A DNA stretch of 64,000 bases, from the NCBI GenBank assembly GCA_964016885.1, contig OZ024743.1, positions 248,868,001-248,932,000 of the forward strand. The letters run 5' to 3'. The notes under the pieces are model-generated. The model had not been told where the DNA came from. It saw only the letters and a list, made by a program, of their open reading frames with translations, and did not search any database. Shown piece by piece: positions 25,155-39,082 of this stretch. Made by a program: the position numbers and the translations under genes. Each line of letters starts with the position of its first letter. The stretch's first letter is position 1. The stretch comes from Eledone cirrhosa (taxonomy: Eukaryota).

Positions 25155-25727
25155 CTATAGAAAGACATCCTCACTGATTTCAGTGGGAAATAATTTTTTC
25201 TTCGGGTTTTTCGTACGCTATCAATTAAACTTACATCCGAATATATCGCAAAGGACTTTTTCCCAGGAAAAGGGAGGTGAACCCTCGAACTCCCTCCCCC
25301 TTCCCCGGAGTTTTCTTTCTCATTTGTCCCCTTGATTTTTTTCGATTGCTACCAACTAATCTTACCTCCAAACATGCTAGAACCACCCACCCCCTCCTGT
25401 TAAGACTAGGGTTGGGGTTAAGGTTAGGAAGTAAATAAAACTCTGGGAGGTGGGGCAGGTCTGAGGATCCAGCCCCGTTGCCCTCTGTTTTCCAGTGAAA
25501 AACTCCTTTACAGCATGTTCGGAGGTAAGATTAATTGGTAGCACCCGAAAACACGGTAAAGAAAACTGAGGAGGGGGGGGGGCAAGTCCAAAGGTTTCCC
25601 CTCTCTTTTCTGAGGAAAAAGTCCTTTGCACCTTATTAGGAGTAAGTTTAATTGATAGCTCACGTAAAAAAAAAATTTTTTTTTTAATTATTTTCCTCTG
25701 AAATCACTAGGTGGTGTCTTTCAATAG
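25155..25727. mobile_element. MITE/foldback element with ~215-bp imperfect terminal inverted repeats
   Basis: ctatagaaagacatcc..gctatcaattaaactta..gcaaaggacttttt..atcttacctcc is mirrored by ggaggtaagat..aaaaagtcctttgc..taagtttaattgatagc..ggtgtctttcaatag. Confidence 0.8.
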
Positions 25728-26659
25728 ATTTACCAAAGTAAATTTGCTGCCTTTGATAACTAAAACCTTTGACTATGTTTTGAATAGGAATTGACTGGAA
25801 AAGCTGCCTACCCATGAACTGCTTTGGTAATTTGTTAACAAGAAGTGAGTGCAGCATGGACAAACAGTACAGAAGTTTGCTTTTTAATCATTAGATCCTG
25901 GGTTCAGTCCCACAGCATGGTATCTAGGGCAAATGCCTCAGGTCGGCCCATCTCTTGTGAGTAAAATTGAATAGACAAAAACTGTATGGAAGAACATTGG
26001 CTGGACTGCACCAGTAATTCAAAGGGTCGGCCTTGTCACACTGGATCTCCCTGAGAATTATGATACGGTTACACGTCTGTGGAATGCTCAGCAACTTACA
26101 TGTTGATTTCATGAACAGGCTGTTTCATCATCTGAATAGCTGGAACAGAGATCGTTCATTCCAGTTCCAGTAATCAAGGTTGAAAATTTATGCCATGGCA
26201 GCATGTATTGAGGAAACTCAGGAAGCAAAATGAGAAGTATAACCCTTTTGATACCAAAAGATTTTGGTTCTACAATATATAACTGTTAGTGTTAAAGTGT
26301 TTATATTTATCTAAAAACCTTCCATCATAATTTTATGTGAAAACCTTTAAGTTATGCTCCAAAGACCAGCTTAATAAGAGAAAGTCAGTTATATAACTAA
26401 ATCCTTCCAAAAGTGTGATTGTTTTTAAAATTATTTGTAAATTATAGGCAGTGTCTTTCACTGGAAATGTGGTAACAAAAGGGTTAACAGCGAATGAATG
26501 GATTTCTTTCAGATGTTCATAAAGAACCTTGTATGGATCTATTTATTAAGAGGGAGCTTCAAACTCACAAACCATCATTTTTAGCTGAGTTGTCCTTACC
26601 ATTCATCATCATCATTTAACGTCCATTTTTCCATACTGCCATAGGTTGAACAGTTCAAT

Positions 26660-27085
26660 TATAGACGAAGTCAGTACTTTATAAAGCATGGCCTGGACAC
26701 TGCAGGCTTCCCTTCCCAGTAGAGCTGGCCCGAGAGGTCAAAAACAGGTAATCTTCCTGTTCTGGGAGGTAGGCCCCTCATCTGGGATGTTACATGTGAC
26801 ACCTTCTCTAGTAGCACTCTGGTGTATTCGGTTACCAGCACAGGCTTCTCTGCCCGCCAGGCCAAAGATAGCAAACTGTCAAAGTATATGCCGCTCTCTG
26901 ATAGGTTTGTGGTTGAGTTTGTGGCAAAGACTTCCAGCATTCTTGGCCCCTGGACCACTTCTCTACTCACAGCTATCAAAGCAGAGTTGGCTACATGCGT
27001 GTGTGAACCCTGTGGGGTGGAGTGGCTGTTCCACCATATCGCCCTTGCCACCCTCCGAGGCAATGTCTTCATCCTGATTTCCAGT
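26660..27085 (+). mobile_element. CRE/NeSL-type non-LTR retrotransposon remnant (restriction-like endonuclease C-terminus)
   Basis: In-frame GRPLIWDVTCDTF...AKDSKLSKY..L...LFHHIALATLRGNV matches the WDVT..DT / K..KY / QRGN pattern of RLE-bearing elements. Confidence 0.75.
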
Positions 27086-28600
27086 CAGACCCTTAAGTTT
27101 CATTTATGGTGAAATAAATTTACTTGCATTTTATTATAATGTAAAATAATGATTGTGACTGTTTCATTTATTCAGAGCTTAATTAAAAGCTATATTACAG
27201 AGTCAATTAATTTTGCATATACAACATTATTTTTAGCAAAAAAAAAAAAACAGCATCACATCATTGGAGATACTGTCCTCCCAGATGGACCTGGGTCATG
27301 TCATACTTACATATGTTTCGGTAGCTGGGTGCCATGCCATAACTACCACCAATCACTTTACTGAGTGAACTAGCTACATTGTCTACTTGATTTCCAAACA
27401 GAACTCATAGTGCCCTCATTGACACACTATTGGGACACTAACATTACAGCAGTGGCAAGGCAACTAGCTATTTTCTACTCATTTCTATATACGACATTCC
27501 CTTCCTCTAGCATGCACATTGACCCATTTGAATTGGCCTTTCTGCTCACTGGTGTAGTAGAAATAAACAACCCAAGGACAATAAACATATTTCTAGCCCA
27601 GAAATTACAAAAAAAAAAAAAAAAAAAAAAAACATATGCAGTAAACCAGATAATAAAAAGTATTTTTTCTTAAGTGTGGTCTCTATTTTAATGTCTCATT
27701 AACAAGTTTTACAACTTATGTGGCTAGAGAAAAGAATTATTTTTTCATGAATATTAACCATCTTGGTTTTTGGTGATTTACATGTTTAAAAAACTCCAGA
27801 AGACTCCTAGCCTAATATCAATAGATAGACTAAAGGCGCTTCATAACAAATATGAAATTTTTATCAACCAAATAAGAGTACTCTTTAGATATATCTCTAA
27901 GCCACCTAACTGTAAAAGATTCTCACGTTCCATAGAGTATAACTTATCCTAATCAGCTGATTCTCTTAGCTCTATATTCTCAGCATTGTTTAAATACATT
28001 AAAAAAATTGACTTGCAATAAATACTTCAATCCTGAGCAATTGATGACTATTCACTCTTTATCATGACTATTATCATCACCATCACCACCACCACCATTT
28101 TACATTTATCCTCCATGCTTGCATGGGTTATATGGATTGTCATGTTCCAAGGCTAGATAGGTCAAATAACTGCATCTCACTAATACATTCGATTCTGGCA
28201 TAGTTTCTATGACTGCATGTCCTTCTTAATGCCAACTACTCCATGGCATTTACCAGGTGTGTTTTATCATGCAACTACCACCTAACAGGGTGGACTGGGT
28301 ACTTTTTATTGTGGCACCAGCACTTACCACTTTACATAGTAGGTTGGGTGTATTTTATCATAGTACTAACATGACCACTTTACAGAGTGGGCTGAGTGCA
28401 TTTTATTGTAGAATCACCACTACTACCTGATAGGTTGGACAGGGTGCTTTTTATCACGACCCTGGTATCACCACTTTACAGGGGCCTGGATAATTTTATT
28501 ATTTTTATTACTATAAATTAATTAATTATGTTGGTTTTTTTATTATGTGGTAGTCGGACTGCACCAAAAGTGCGTAATGTCACCTCTCCTGTTCATTATA

Positions 28601-28780
28601 TTGGCAGTATCGGTAGAGGGTCGGACGCCATGCTTTGACGCATAGAGTTACGGTCCTTGCCATTCTGAGTTCAAATCCCGCCGAGGTTTACTTTGCCTTT
28701 CATCCTTACGGGGTCGATAAAATAAAGTACCAGTAATGCACTGGGTAATTACTGGCCTTGTGCCAAAAGTAGAAACAATT
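28601..28780 (+). mobile_element. Same young SINE subfamily
   Basis: Near-identical to 31727-31913. Confidence 0.88.
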
Positions 28781-28899
28781 ATTTACATGAACAGGATTGA
28801 CATGCACAGCCAGGTTGGAAGTGGTATCATGACTGGCGAGTGTAAAATCAGTCAGCTGGAATTTTCATACGACATGGTATAACTTAACTCGACAGAAGG

Positions 28900-29665
28900 A
28901 GATCTGACTTGCACTTGATAGGTTTGATGCTGAGTGCTGCATGGCTGGAATGAAAATCAGTGCTGTGAAAATTGAGACATTTGTCCTCTCAAGGAAGGCT
29001 GCATAGTGCACTCTACATGTGAATGGAGTTCCACTGAAGCAGGTAGAGAAGTTCAAGTATCTCGGGGCCATGTTCACGAGTGATGGAAGGCAGGAGGCTG
29101 AACTAAGTGCAAGAATTGTAGGAGCTGGTGTAGTAATGCGCTGACTTGAGCATTCACTAATCAGAAGAAGTGAGGTAGGCGTAAAAGCCAAATTCACTAT
29201 CTTCAATTAGGTATTTGTGCCAACTCTTACTTAAGGTCATAAATCTTGGGTAGTAACCAAAAGAATATGCTTGCGAATACAAGTGGCTGAAATGAGGTTC
29301 CTTCGCATGGTCTTTGGAGTAACGTTACTCAATAGAGTGTGTAGTTCCGAGATCAGAGAGTCACTCCAGGTAAAGCTGCTGCTTCTCCAAATTCTGAGAT
29401 CACAGCTCAAATACTATAGGCATGTGGTTAGAATGTTTCAGGAAAGAATCACTGGACAGATTTTTCAGGCAAAACCAACTGACAGGAGACCCTGGGGTAG
29501 ATTCTGAGCAAGAGGGTTGGATAACATCCATGAGCTTGGCTAGTCTCACTTGGGGATCCAGCTGGATCAGTTGGAGATGGTTGCTTCTGACAGGACCTGC
29601 TGGAAGGAGATTTTGAGGACTCTTCCCCCACAATCCTCTCAGGAATAAATGGGTGAAGAAGATGT
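28900..29665 (+). mobile_element. Second RTE-clade (Rex3/Expander-like) LINE 3' fragment
   Basis: PLKQVEKFKYLG..., RIQVAEMRFLR, RSQLKYYRHVVRM, RRPWGR with stops. Confidence 0.82.
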
Positions 29666-31726
29666 TTGCCTTGTGCCTAAATTAGAAGCAATTATAAATT
29701 AATTAGTTAGAGGATAGTGTCCATGATCTTTGTGAGCTACTCAAGCTGGTAAAATCTAGGTGTTTGGTGTTCAGCATAAATGCCTGCAAGGAAAATGTGG
29801 GCAAAAAGGCAAATTGAGGGAGTTATTGTTTCATGCAGGCCCTAGGAAGTATGAAATACAGTAAAATGCCAAAAAGATGAAACAAAATCGTACATTAGCT
29901 AAGTTGTGATTGAATGAAATTACAGCTGTTTTCATATTGTATGTATTGGCAAATTAGTATTCATTAATTTTGATGCAAGTGTCCTGGCATAAAAGTCAGT
30001 GCTGCCAGCTCACTTTGTTTCATTTGGCTGTAGACCTTGATAACAGAGTTGGCTGTGGCCAATTTCAGTCACGGCTGGTCCCTCTAATTCTGTTGACTGA
30101 CAGCCTGTCATATCTATCATCTCTTACTCTCTCTTGCATCACTAGCCTATCTATCTTTCATTCAAAACACCTACATACACATTCTGTAGTTTCAAATTTT
30201 TCTTCAATTTGTAATGATTCTCTTATTCTTAACCGTGTGTTTCCCATGAATTAACCAAAGATTTGAATGGTTTCAAATCCAATCATCATCATCACTGTTT
30301 AATGTCTATTTTCCATGCATATTTGAAGAACTACCTAACTCTTTTTTAGACAAATAGATGCATTCATTCTCTTAGTTATTTTTGTCAGCCTTTTCATTAA
30401 AATCTAAATAATGGGTATGAAATGAAACATTGTGAATTATACATACTCACAATCATTTTCCTTACATTATTTTCAACATCGCCAGCATTCCCATTATTAG
30501 GAAAAGAAATGAATGCATTGAGAAAATTTGGGTGGTGATAATATTCAGTTTGCTAATTATGAGGAATAAAGGCTGTTGTAGGGAGCTAGGTCGCACTTCA
30601 GTTTTGGAGAGAGAACTGATCAGGGCTTAAGTATTATCTGGCCTTGAAGAGGAAGCATACAGTGTAGAGCAGAGTTTTGAAAATGTTATATATGAAAGGT
30701 CATCATAAAAAAGTATCAGCATGAACTATATTATTTGTAGTAAACACAAAGACTTTAATTGTATGTTGTTCTGTTACCTTGATATGTATAACAGTTGTGC
30801 CTTAGTGTACTTGAGGACACTTGACTCTCATGTCCCCATCAAAGGATATTTTCAGGTTTCTGTTCATAGAAAAAGTCCATGTCTAGTGTAAAGTTTAGTG
30901 ACAGTGTGATGATAGCTGTCTGCAGAATATTAAAGAGAAATGAAGAACAATATCATTAATCATTAATATAGAAATGTATGTATGGAATTGTAGGGAACCA
31001 TAATGACATACAATATGTCTTGGACATTTTAAAACTGTTGGAGCCCATATCCTCTCCACATCTGAATATAGCTGATTGCTTCCAGAGAAAGAGAGTGTGA
31101 GAGATAGAGTGGTAAAGAGGAGGTGAGAAAGAGATATAAAGGGAGAATAAGTCCCAATACTGAACAGGTATTTTTTCTCAACCTCAAAAAAATGAAAGGC
31201 AAAGTTGACTTCAGCAGGTTTTGAACTCAGAGCGTAGAGAGCTGGAATAGATACAACAAAGCATTCTATCTGACATTCTAACAACTCTGACAATTCACCT
31301 CTTTATAATATAGAAATATGACTGGTTAAAAATGATATAAAATTATTAAGTAAAGGGGGATAGAACTGGATTTTGAGTTAAGCCAATCGCTATCAGTGTA
31401 AGGATATGAATCTCAACTTCCGCCCAAATGGAGAAATTCCCGCTTCTTTTTAATAAACTAATTCTCTTGCAGCTTGACTTCGCTAAGGTAAACAACCATT
31501 TGCTATTGCTCTGTAAACATCATTCCAAAATGTAACTACAAAACATTACCGTGGCCTGGCTTCTCACTTCAGCCACTGGACCATGTCTTCTCTTACAGAT
31601 CTTAATTTGTTTGTTTATTTCTTTTGGCATGCCAACCAAACAAGCTTAATCCAGCTCTTTTCACCTTAAACATCGTAATAGTTACAACAAACTACAAATT
31701 GTCAACATTATTTTATCTTACTTCTA

Positions 31727-31913
31727 GGGTGGTGGATTGGCAGTATCGGTAGAGGGTCGGACGCCATGCTTTGACACATAGAGTTACTGCCCTTGCCATT
31801 CTGAGTTCAAATCCTGCCGAGGTTAACTTTGCCTTTCATCCTTATGGGGTTGATAAAATAAAGTACCAGTAATACACTGGGTAATTGCTGGCCTTCTGCC
31901 AAAAGTAGAAACA
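31727..31913 (+). mobile_element. tRNA-derived SINE with Meta-like central domain, young subfamily, 20-bp TSD
   Basis: A-box-like tggcagtatcgg, B-box gagttcaaatcc, gcctttcatcc..ggggtcgataaaataaagtaccag domain. TSD attattttatcttacttcta at 31707-31726 and 31914-31933. Confidence 0.9.
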
Positions 31914-33179
31914 ATTATTTTATCTTACTTCTAAACTGGTTACTATTACATGCTGCTATACTGATGATATAATACATCATCTTATGTTATAAACTGCTTC
32001 ACTGGTGACTTCTATTGATACACAATACACAAATACAAATATTATCATTCACATTTATATCTTATTAAATACTATCTTCACGAGTGTCAAGAGTAACAGC
32101 ATTGATAAGAGAATAAAGTAATATAATTTGAGCAAGTCCTCCTCAGATAGAAACTGCACTTATTCTTATATTTGAAATGGTATGTTCTCTTCTTTCACTA
32201 TTCACATCCTAAATAACAATCAGAAAAACACTATCATCATCACTATTTTAATGTCTATTTTCCATGCTTGCATGGGTTAGCTTTTGAGATTAGACCAATC
32301 TGGTGACCAAGTTTTGATCATACATTCCATTAATTTCTACAGCTAGATGCCTTTCCTTATACCAACCACTTTGCAGCATGTATTGAGTGAACTGAATGCT
32401 TTTTATTGCACCACCAACACTACCACCTGACAGGATGGACTGGGTGCTTTTTATCATGGTACCAGCATGACCACTTTACAGAGTTGATAGGGAGTATTTT
32501 ATCATGGTACCAACACTACCAAATTACAACCCTAGGGTGCTTGTTGTGTCGTGAGCCAAGCTGGGGGAAGTAGTGGTGGGAAAGGGGAATGTAAGTTGGG
32601 AAAGGGGAAAGGCTATATGCTGCTTGTTGAGGGAAGGAGTCATCCTACAGTGGGAGAGCTAGGGCTGTGGAGGTGACCTTGAAGAGAATGATATATAGGC
32701 TAATGAGTGATGTCTGGCATTATATTGTAGGACATGACCAGCTTTCCATACCACCATCCATTAATAAATAAACATTTCCTAATGAAAAGTTTCCATTCTC
32801 TCATCTATTACCATGCTATATATCCATTGTGACTCTTCTGTTATGATTGGCTTTGTGCCCCCCCCCCCCCCCATGGCTAAAGAATAGTAGGTGTCAGTCA
32901 TATTTGATCTGTATTTTGTTGTATTTCTTTGGAGGAGGGAGATTCAAGAGCTGTCCCCATGTGGCTCAAACTCTCCCAGATATTAAAACTTTTATGACTT
33001 CAAATCACCTATGCCAAAAAGGGTCAGACCAACCTGTTGCACTTGCATATATATAGAGAGAGGGGGTGGGGCAGAGTGATGGAATGCAAGTGCAACAAAC
33101 TGGTTTGAGCTTTGGCATAGATTAGGTGAAGTCATTAAATTTTTATGATCTTTGCCTTTCATACTTTTGAGGTCGATAA

Positions 33180-33368
33180 AAAATAAAGTGTCAGTCCAAT
33201 ACTGAGGTCATTTCTTCCTCTGTATTTCATTCTCACTTCTCTCTCTCTCTCTCAGAAATTGATTGTATTCAGACTGAGTGAGGGGATGGACTCCACCAGG
33301 TTTAAAAATTACAGAAGAAACACTATATGACATTACAGTGCCCCTACAACTCCACCAGGATTTATGTG

Positions 33369-33421
<53 letters not shown>

Positions 33422-33660
33422 TTTTAAATTTGTTTTGCAAGATTACTTATCTGAAAACGTGCGTTGAAACAGATATTGTTATACTTTGGGAGTGTCATGC
33501 TGCCAATAAAAACACACGCACCTGTTGGTTTTTACTTCAATTGAAGCGAAAACCAACAGGTGCATGTTTTTTTTATTGGCAGCATGACCCTCCCAAAGTA
33601 TAACAATATCTGTTTCAACGCACGTTTTCAGATAAGTAATCTTGCAAAACAAATTTAAAA

Positions 33661-33703
<43 letters not shown>

Positions 33704-33892
33704 CACATAAATCCTGGTGGAGTTGTAGGGGCACTGTAATGTCATATAGTGTTTCTTCTGTAATTTTTAAACCTGGTGGAGTCCATCCCCTCACTCAGTC
33801 TGAATACAATCAATTTCTGAGAGAGAGAGAGAGAAGTGAGAATGAAATACAGAGGAAGAAATGACCTCAGTATTGGACTGACACTTTATTTT
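33180..33892. repeat. ~713-bp near-perfect palindrome
   Basis: Arms 33180-33540 and 33541-33892 around cttcaa|ttgaag, no spacer. Confidence 0.97.
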
Positions 33893-33902
33893 ATATATAT
33901 AT

Positions 33903-34163
33903 ATAACAGGGTGACTATTATCTGTTTCCCAACATGAAAAAAACACTTGGCTGGGAACCAGTGTTGCAGAGATGATTATGTCATATCTGCTGTTGATGAC
34001 TTTTTTGACCAACAGGATGAAAGTTTTTTTCACCAATGAGATCCAAGATCTGCAACACTTATCGAAGAAATGTGTGAACTGCGAGTAGAACTATGCTGAA
34101 GAATAACCCACATTCCATGAGAGTATCTTGGTCAGCCTATGAACTTTTCAGCCAAGCCTCGTA
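33903..34163 (+). mobile_element. Mariner transposon right-end remnant
   Basis: DDFFDQQDESFFTNEIQDLQH..KKCV...YAEE* mariner C-terminus, followed by TIR-like ctatgaacttttcagccaagcctcgTA. Confidence 0.8.
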
Positions 34164-36619
34164 TATGTCTTTTCTGTTGATACACCAAGTTAAAGGATAA
34201 TAAAAATGTTAGATCTACAACTTGAGAGCTAAGCAGTTAAGAAGTGTTCATATGGCCTTTAGTTGCCAGCTATAAGTAATTGGCTATGAAGCATCAATAA
34301 TAAACAAAAATTATCTGTCCTGGCTAGTTTTTTATTTATTTTTTATTCACTTTTTTTTTTTCGCAAAACAGAAATAATGGAATTTTCTATATAAACATCA
34401 TAATTTGTAAATCTTAAAAATAAGTTGTTTTTTTTTCTTTAATGATGTGTCAATCTGGGGTTTAAAAAACTGTGTTAAATGTGATATGTTATCAAAAGAA
34501 ATCTGTGAACATTTTACAATAGAAAAGTAATCTAATTCATGATTCACTACTAGTGACCTTTCGCACACCTTTGATAAATTATCCTTTTCACACCTTATAT
34601 TGTTGTCAAAATCAATGCAAAAATAAATCTACAAAATATTCATATTGAAACTATGTCACTATTGTAAAACTCTGTATAGACTTAAAACATATATCTATTT
34701 ATATCAATATACATGCTCATACATGTGACTCAACTGTAATTTTACACTTATACTGATGACACAGCTGTAATTCTATACACTTAATGTTACTCTATAAACA
34801 GTCATACCGAAAAAAAAAAAACCAAAACACTTGTTCTGATACACATATAAAGTAACACTGAAAGCCATGAGTGTTGACATGAAATCCTGAAAACAGCTTG
34901 CTCAGAGTAGACTCTTATGGACCACCCTCATTCATAAAATCACAAAATCCACACTGCAGAAACCAAATGTAAGCTTCACAAAACCTACTCAGTTGGCACA
35001 TCAAATAAAACCACAGACTAAATGTGCTTTATGTGTGGTTGTGAGACTCATTCTCTCTTATATACACAAATATATACCAGGTCAGAACACAAAAAAAAAA
35101 AAAAACTGTCACTTTCTCCGTCTCTCCACATCTTTCACTATTGTGAGTAAATGGGAGCCCACGTGCTGGCCGCCCTACAGCTCTGGCGGACTGGTCACTT
35201 GTGCCAGAATCAGACTCACTAATCAGCTACAGCAGGCCATCCCAGACTGTGTCATGAGTGAAATTATGATTTTGGTTTTGTTATTTTATATTCTAACTTA
35301 AGGATCATTATTTACTGGTTATTGTAATTTTTTCTGCAACAAAATTAAACTTTGTGGTTGTACGTTTAAAAAAAATTCACAAATTTAAAATTTATTAATA
35401 GCTGCATCAAAAAATTGTCATTAAAATAATGACACAACAAATTTCTTTTACAAAATAGGTTTGTGTGGGTTGTAGCTAATTTCTTAAATAAAAAAAAAAA
35501 GGCGGGGAGGTTAAAAAGTAGGAAGGCTTGAGCTACAGACACATAAAACCTGATTAACCAACTAGCCAATGTTTGACATTGACTGGCAATGGATGAACAG
35601 AACAACACATTAATGATAGGTTTGTATCTGTGTATATTAATAATACATCTATATCACTGGATACACATACTCATGACATACATAAACATGACAAAGGAGA
35701 TGACACAGGACTGAGCTGACTGACAACATGCCATATTTCAAAAGACCGATCCACCACTATAAGCACTATGACACTAAAAGTAAATGTAGGGAAAAATTGG
35801 AGGTTACAGTGTTTGGCAACTAAATGGAGACAATATAGAGTCTAAGAGGATTCTTCAGTCTGGTTGAGCATGTGACAACCTCTCTAGTGCTGATGCTATG
35901 GTAGAATACTCCCAGTACACCCCATAAAATTGTTAGTGTTGGTTCCACAATAAAATGCATCCGGTCCAGTCTGTAAAGCGATAGTGCTAGTACAATGAGA
36001 AACACTCTCAATATACCCTGTAGGGTGGTTTGCACCCAGTCATAGAAATCCTGCCAAATACGGAATGTATGAGCATGATGAAGTTGCTGCAATTTGTTTG
36101 GTCTTGGACAGTGACAACCTGTTCAACTCATGCTAGTAAGGAAATAGAACATAAAATGACGTTGACAACATATCTATAACTCTAAACATACTATTACTGG
36201 TTGTACATTTGTTTCCTTATATACACTCATACTGATAAGCTTGAATATATAAGCTATATCTGTTTTATTGCAATTACACTGTGGAACACAACTTTTGGTG
36301 CTTTAGATATTAGAAATGTTTCTGGGTATATTGAGGTCACTTTTTCTAAAAGTGATGTTAGTGTGTCTCCATCAGCTCTGCTTATCAAGATATGATATAT
36401 ATATCTATATATATTTATATATTATGTAATATAATTGCTCACTGTAGTTGCTAAGTGTACACAAATATATGTCTGATGAATGTCGACAAAAATTGTGTAT
36501 CAACATCAAACAAGTATAAAATATGAAAATATTTACTAAATTCAAACAAGTTTGAGCCACAAACAACAGAAAAAAGCATTTTTTTTTCAATAAGACATCT
36601 TGGATAAACCAAGTTTTTT

Positions 36620-36810
36620 AGATCTCCTGTGAGGAGTCATTCCATCAGTAATCTGCCATCATGTGGGTATCCCATCATCTGCTGTATTGTTTGTCCATGG
36701 TCCTTAGTTCTTGGTGAAATCATTCACCTTCTTCCTTGCTTAGATCATTGAGTTTATCTGGGAAACGATCCAAATAACTGCAGAGATAAAACAGTTTGAT
36801 GTTCATTTTA
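36620..36810 (-). mobile_element. DNA transposase C-terminal remnant, probably Chapaev3/Transib-related
   Basis: Reverse translation MNIKLFYLCSYLDRFPDKLNDLSKEEGE*FHQELRTMDKQYSR*WDTHMMADY*W resembles the widespread MSLKIHFLHSHLDFFP..SDEQGERFHQ..MADYCW motif. Superfamily assignment is from memory. Confidence 0.65.
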
Positions 36811-37233
36811 TACCTACTCTCAGGTCTTGAATAATCGCACAAAATAAAGATACTGTATTTTCCACGCATTTTTCTCTGTGTTGAAGCCATGTCAACACCT
36901 ATAGCAGGAAATAATTCCTGTAGTACATATACAATACAGATTCATGGCAACAGCATCAGCAAAATTAATTTAATTATGTTGATACATTTAGATTTATGAG
37001 CAATTCATAATACTATGCAATATGAAAAACAAAAAGAGTTGCTAGAACAAAATGGAAGGTGTTTTCTGAATCAACACCATAAAAAATATCTAGAATCAGG
37101 TCTAAAATCCCAGGTACCAAAAAAAAAAAATTTTTCCTCAGTGTTATCATCATCTTTTTTAAAAAGGCAAATCTTCACTCACCAATATTATCCAATTTTT
37201 TCCCCAATGATATGCATTATTATATAATAAACA

Positions 37234-37833
37234 CTAGCTGATGTACCCAGCTTCGCTCGCCCAGGTAAAAAGATGATAAGAGAAGCAGGTAGATGAGAAA
37301 ACAACTATATTAGATGCATTGTCTGGTTTACAGTATGAGGCGAGACCATGGTGTGTGTGTGACAAAAGAAAAAATAACAGTAAATAATCTTCCAGATACA
37401 CCAAATTCTTAGTTTTACCGTTCATGCATAGTATATGAAGATTTCTAAGAGTTCCCACTCAAGAACAACCAACATATAACTGTCCATGGGTAAAAAGCAA
37501 TTCTCTTGTATTTAATCCTACAACTTTGAAACTCTGAGCCTGAGCTTTATTTATGGTCATAGCAAAACTGGCTCTAACAGGGAACTGAAATTTTGAGGAT
37601 TTGAATGGCAGCTCGGTAGAGGATGGCATAAGAGGAATCTTGGGAATAAATGCATTTTCTCCTTGATGATTGCCTCCAAGAATAGTGACCTCTAGGTGGT
37701 GGTTCATCTTCCGCGTGACTGTACGTGTGTCATTGCATAGACGTGGTTGATCCATGTTTCTCAAAACGAAGATAGAAGTTCCAATCTTTTATATTATATA
37801 TATAGATATAAATATAAATGATTATATATATAA

Positions 37834-37870
<37 letters not shown>

Positions 37871-38172
37871 CATGTGTGTGTGTGTGCATGCACGCGCATG
37901 TGTGCATATGTAAACCAGCATCTGAATCGGAGATGCTGGCTGCAAAACACAATCATCACTGACAATGAATGCGCAAAGAGAATCCTTTATGGTTGATTCT
38001 CACCCAGGATGTTTTTCTTCTTCTTTGATGTTATAAAATGAGTATCAATAAATCTTCCTGGATATACCTTTATTTCATTGCTGTACTTACTTTTTGATTA
38101 TTATTTTTCGTTTTTGTGTGATGCAACCAACCAACAAACAAACAAACATCATTCTTTTATATTATGTATAGA
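37234..38172 (-). mobile_element. Non-autonomous Helitron 1 carrying PIF1 helicase C-terminus
   Basis: 5' TCTATACATAATATAAAA at 38172, 3' CTAG at 37237-37234, A|T target. ORF 37459-37764 has QFPVRASFAMTINKAQAQS and FTHGQLYVGCS. Second 5'-end-like motif at ~37806. Confidence 0.88.
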
Positions 38173-38710
38173 TTACAATATGTTTCTAACAATTTCTCAG
38201 CATTTAAAGGCATATTTTGGCACCTAATAAAAATCCAATTAATAATTTTATGTTTTATGTTTTATTATGTTTTATGTTTTATATTTTATGTTTTATTGCA
38301 ACAATATTGAATCAGTAGTTTTATTGTTACTATGTCAAAGGCCTCATGCAGACAGCAGTTTAATTCCACATTTTTGTGATGTGTGCTACTTTAGCAAATC
38401 AGAAATTATTTTGGCCAATTGGAAATTTTATCAATTCTGAGATTTTACCTATTCAAACTGAACTAAAACTGCTGTCTTCCAACTGGGTCTCTTAGCAGTT
38501 ATGGTTAGTTGTCTTCTTCTTCTGCTTCTTCTTCTTCTTCTTCTTCTCATTAAGTTTGGTCAAGCATACATTTGATTCTACAATATATTACACCATTGAC
38601 TGTAAAATTAGAAAATATATATGCACATTTATTACACATTATCCAATGGAGGTTGTAAAACATGAAAATAATTATGTTCTTTCTCATTAATACATTTACA
38701 TAAATTTGCT

Positions 38711-39082
38711 TACTCTTGGGTCTCAAATAATCATCTTCCCCTGCTTATTAATTTTTCAGAATTTTTCCACCCCACCTGAGCTCTTATTCCACCATCCAAC
38801 CCCCGCTTATTAAAATTTGTTAATCTATCTTTGGTGAAATTTTATTTTAAGTGGTATCATTCCTAGGATAATTAATTTTCTTTAGACATTAAAAAATATC
38901 ATACACGACAAAAAAAAAAAAGAACATTACAAGAAATCCCATGTTTTAAAATAAATAGGATGGGTTGGGGTCTCAATATGTAAATTAAATTATTAATTCT
39001 GGTTGTAAAAATTTCAAAAGAGACAACCTAGAAAAATTACGGATTTTCCACCCACCCCTCCATTATTTGGAACCTGAGAGTA
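38711..39082. mobile_element. TA-flanked MITE (Tc1/mariner/pogo type)
   Basis: Imperfect TIRs TActcttgggtctcaaataa / ttatttggaacctgagagTA; similar TIR at ~36815. Confidence 0.65.

Noticed and set aside
33449-33475. Hammerhead-ribozyme-like CTGA...GAAAC in the palindrome core
   Set aside because: The core reads CTGAAAA (CTGAAAT at 44.3 kb) rather than CTGANGA, and no convincing stems I/III are present.
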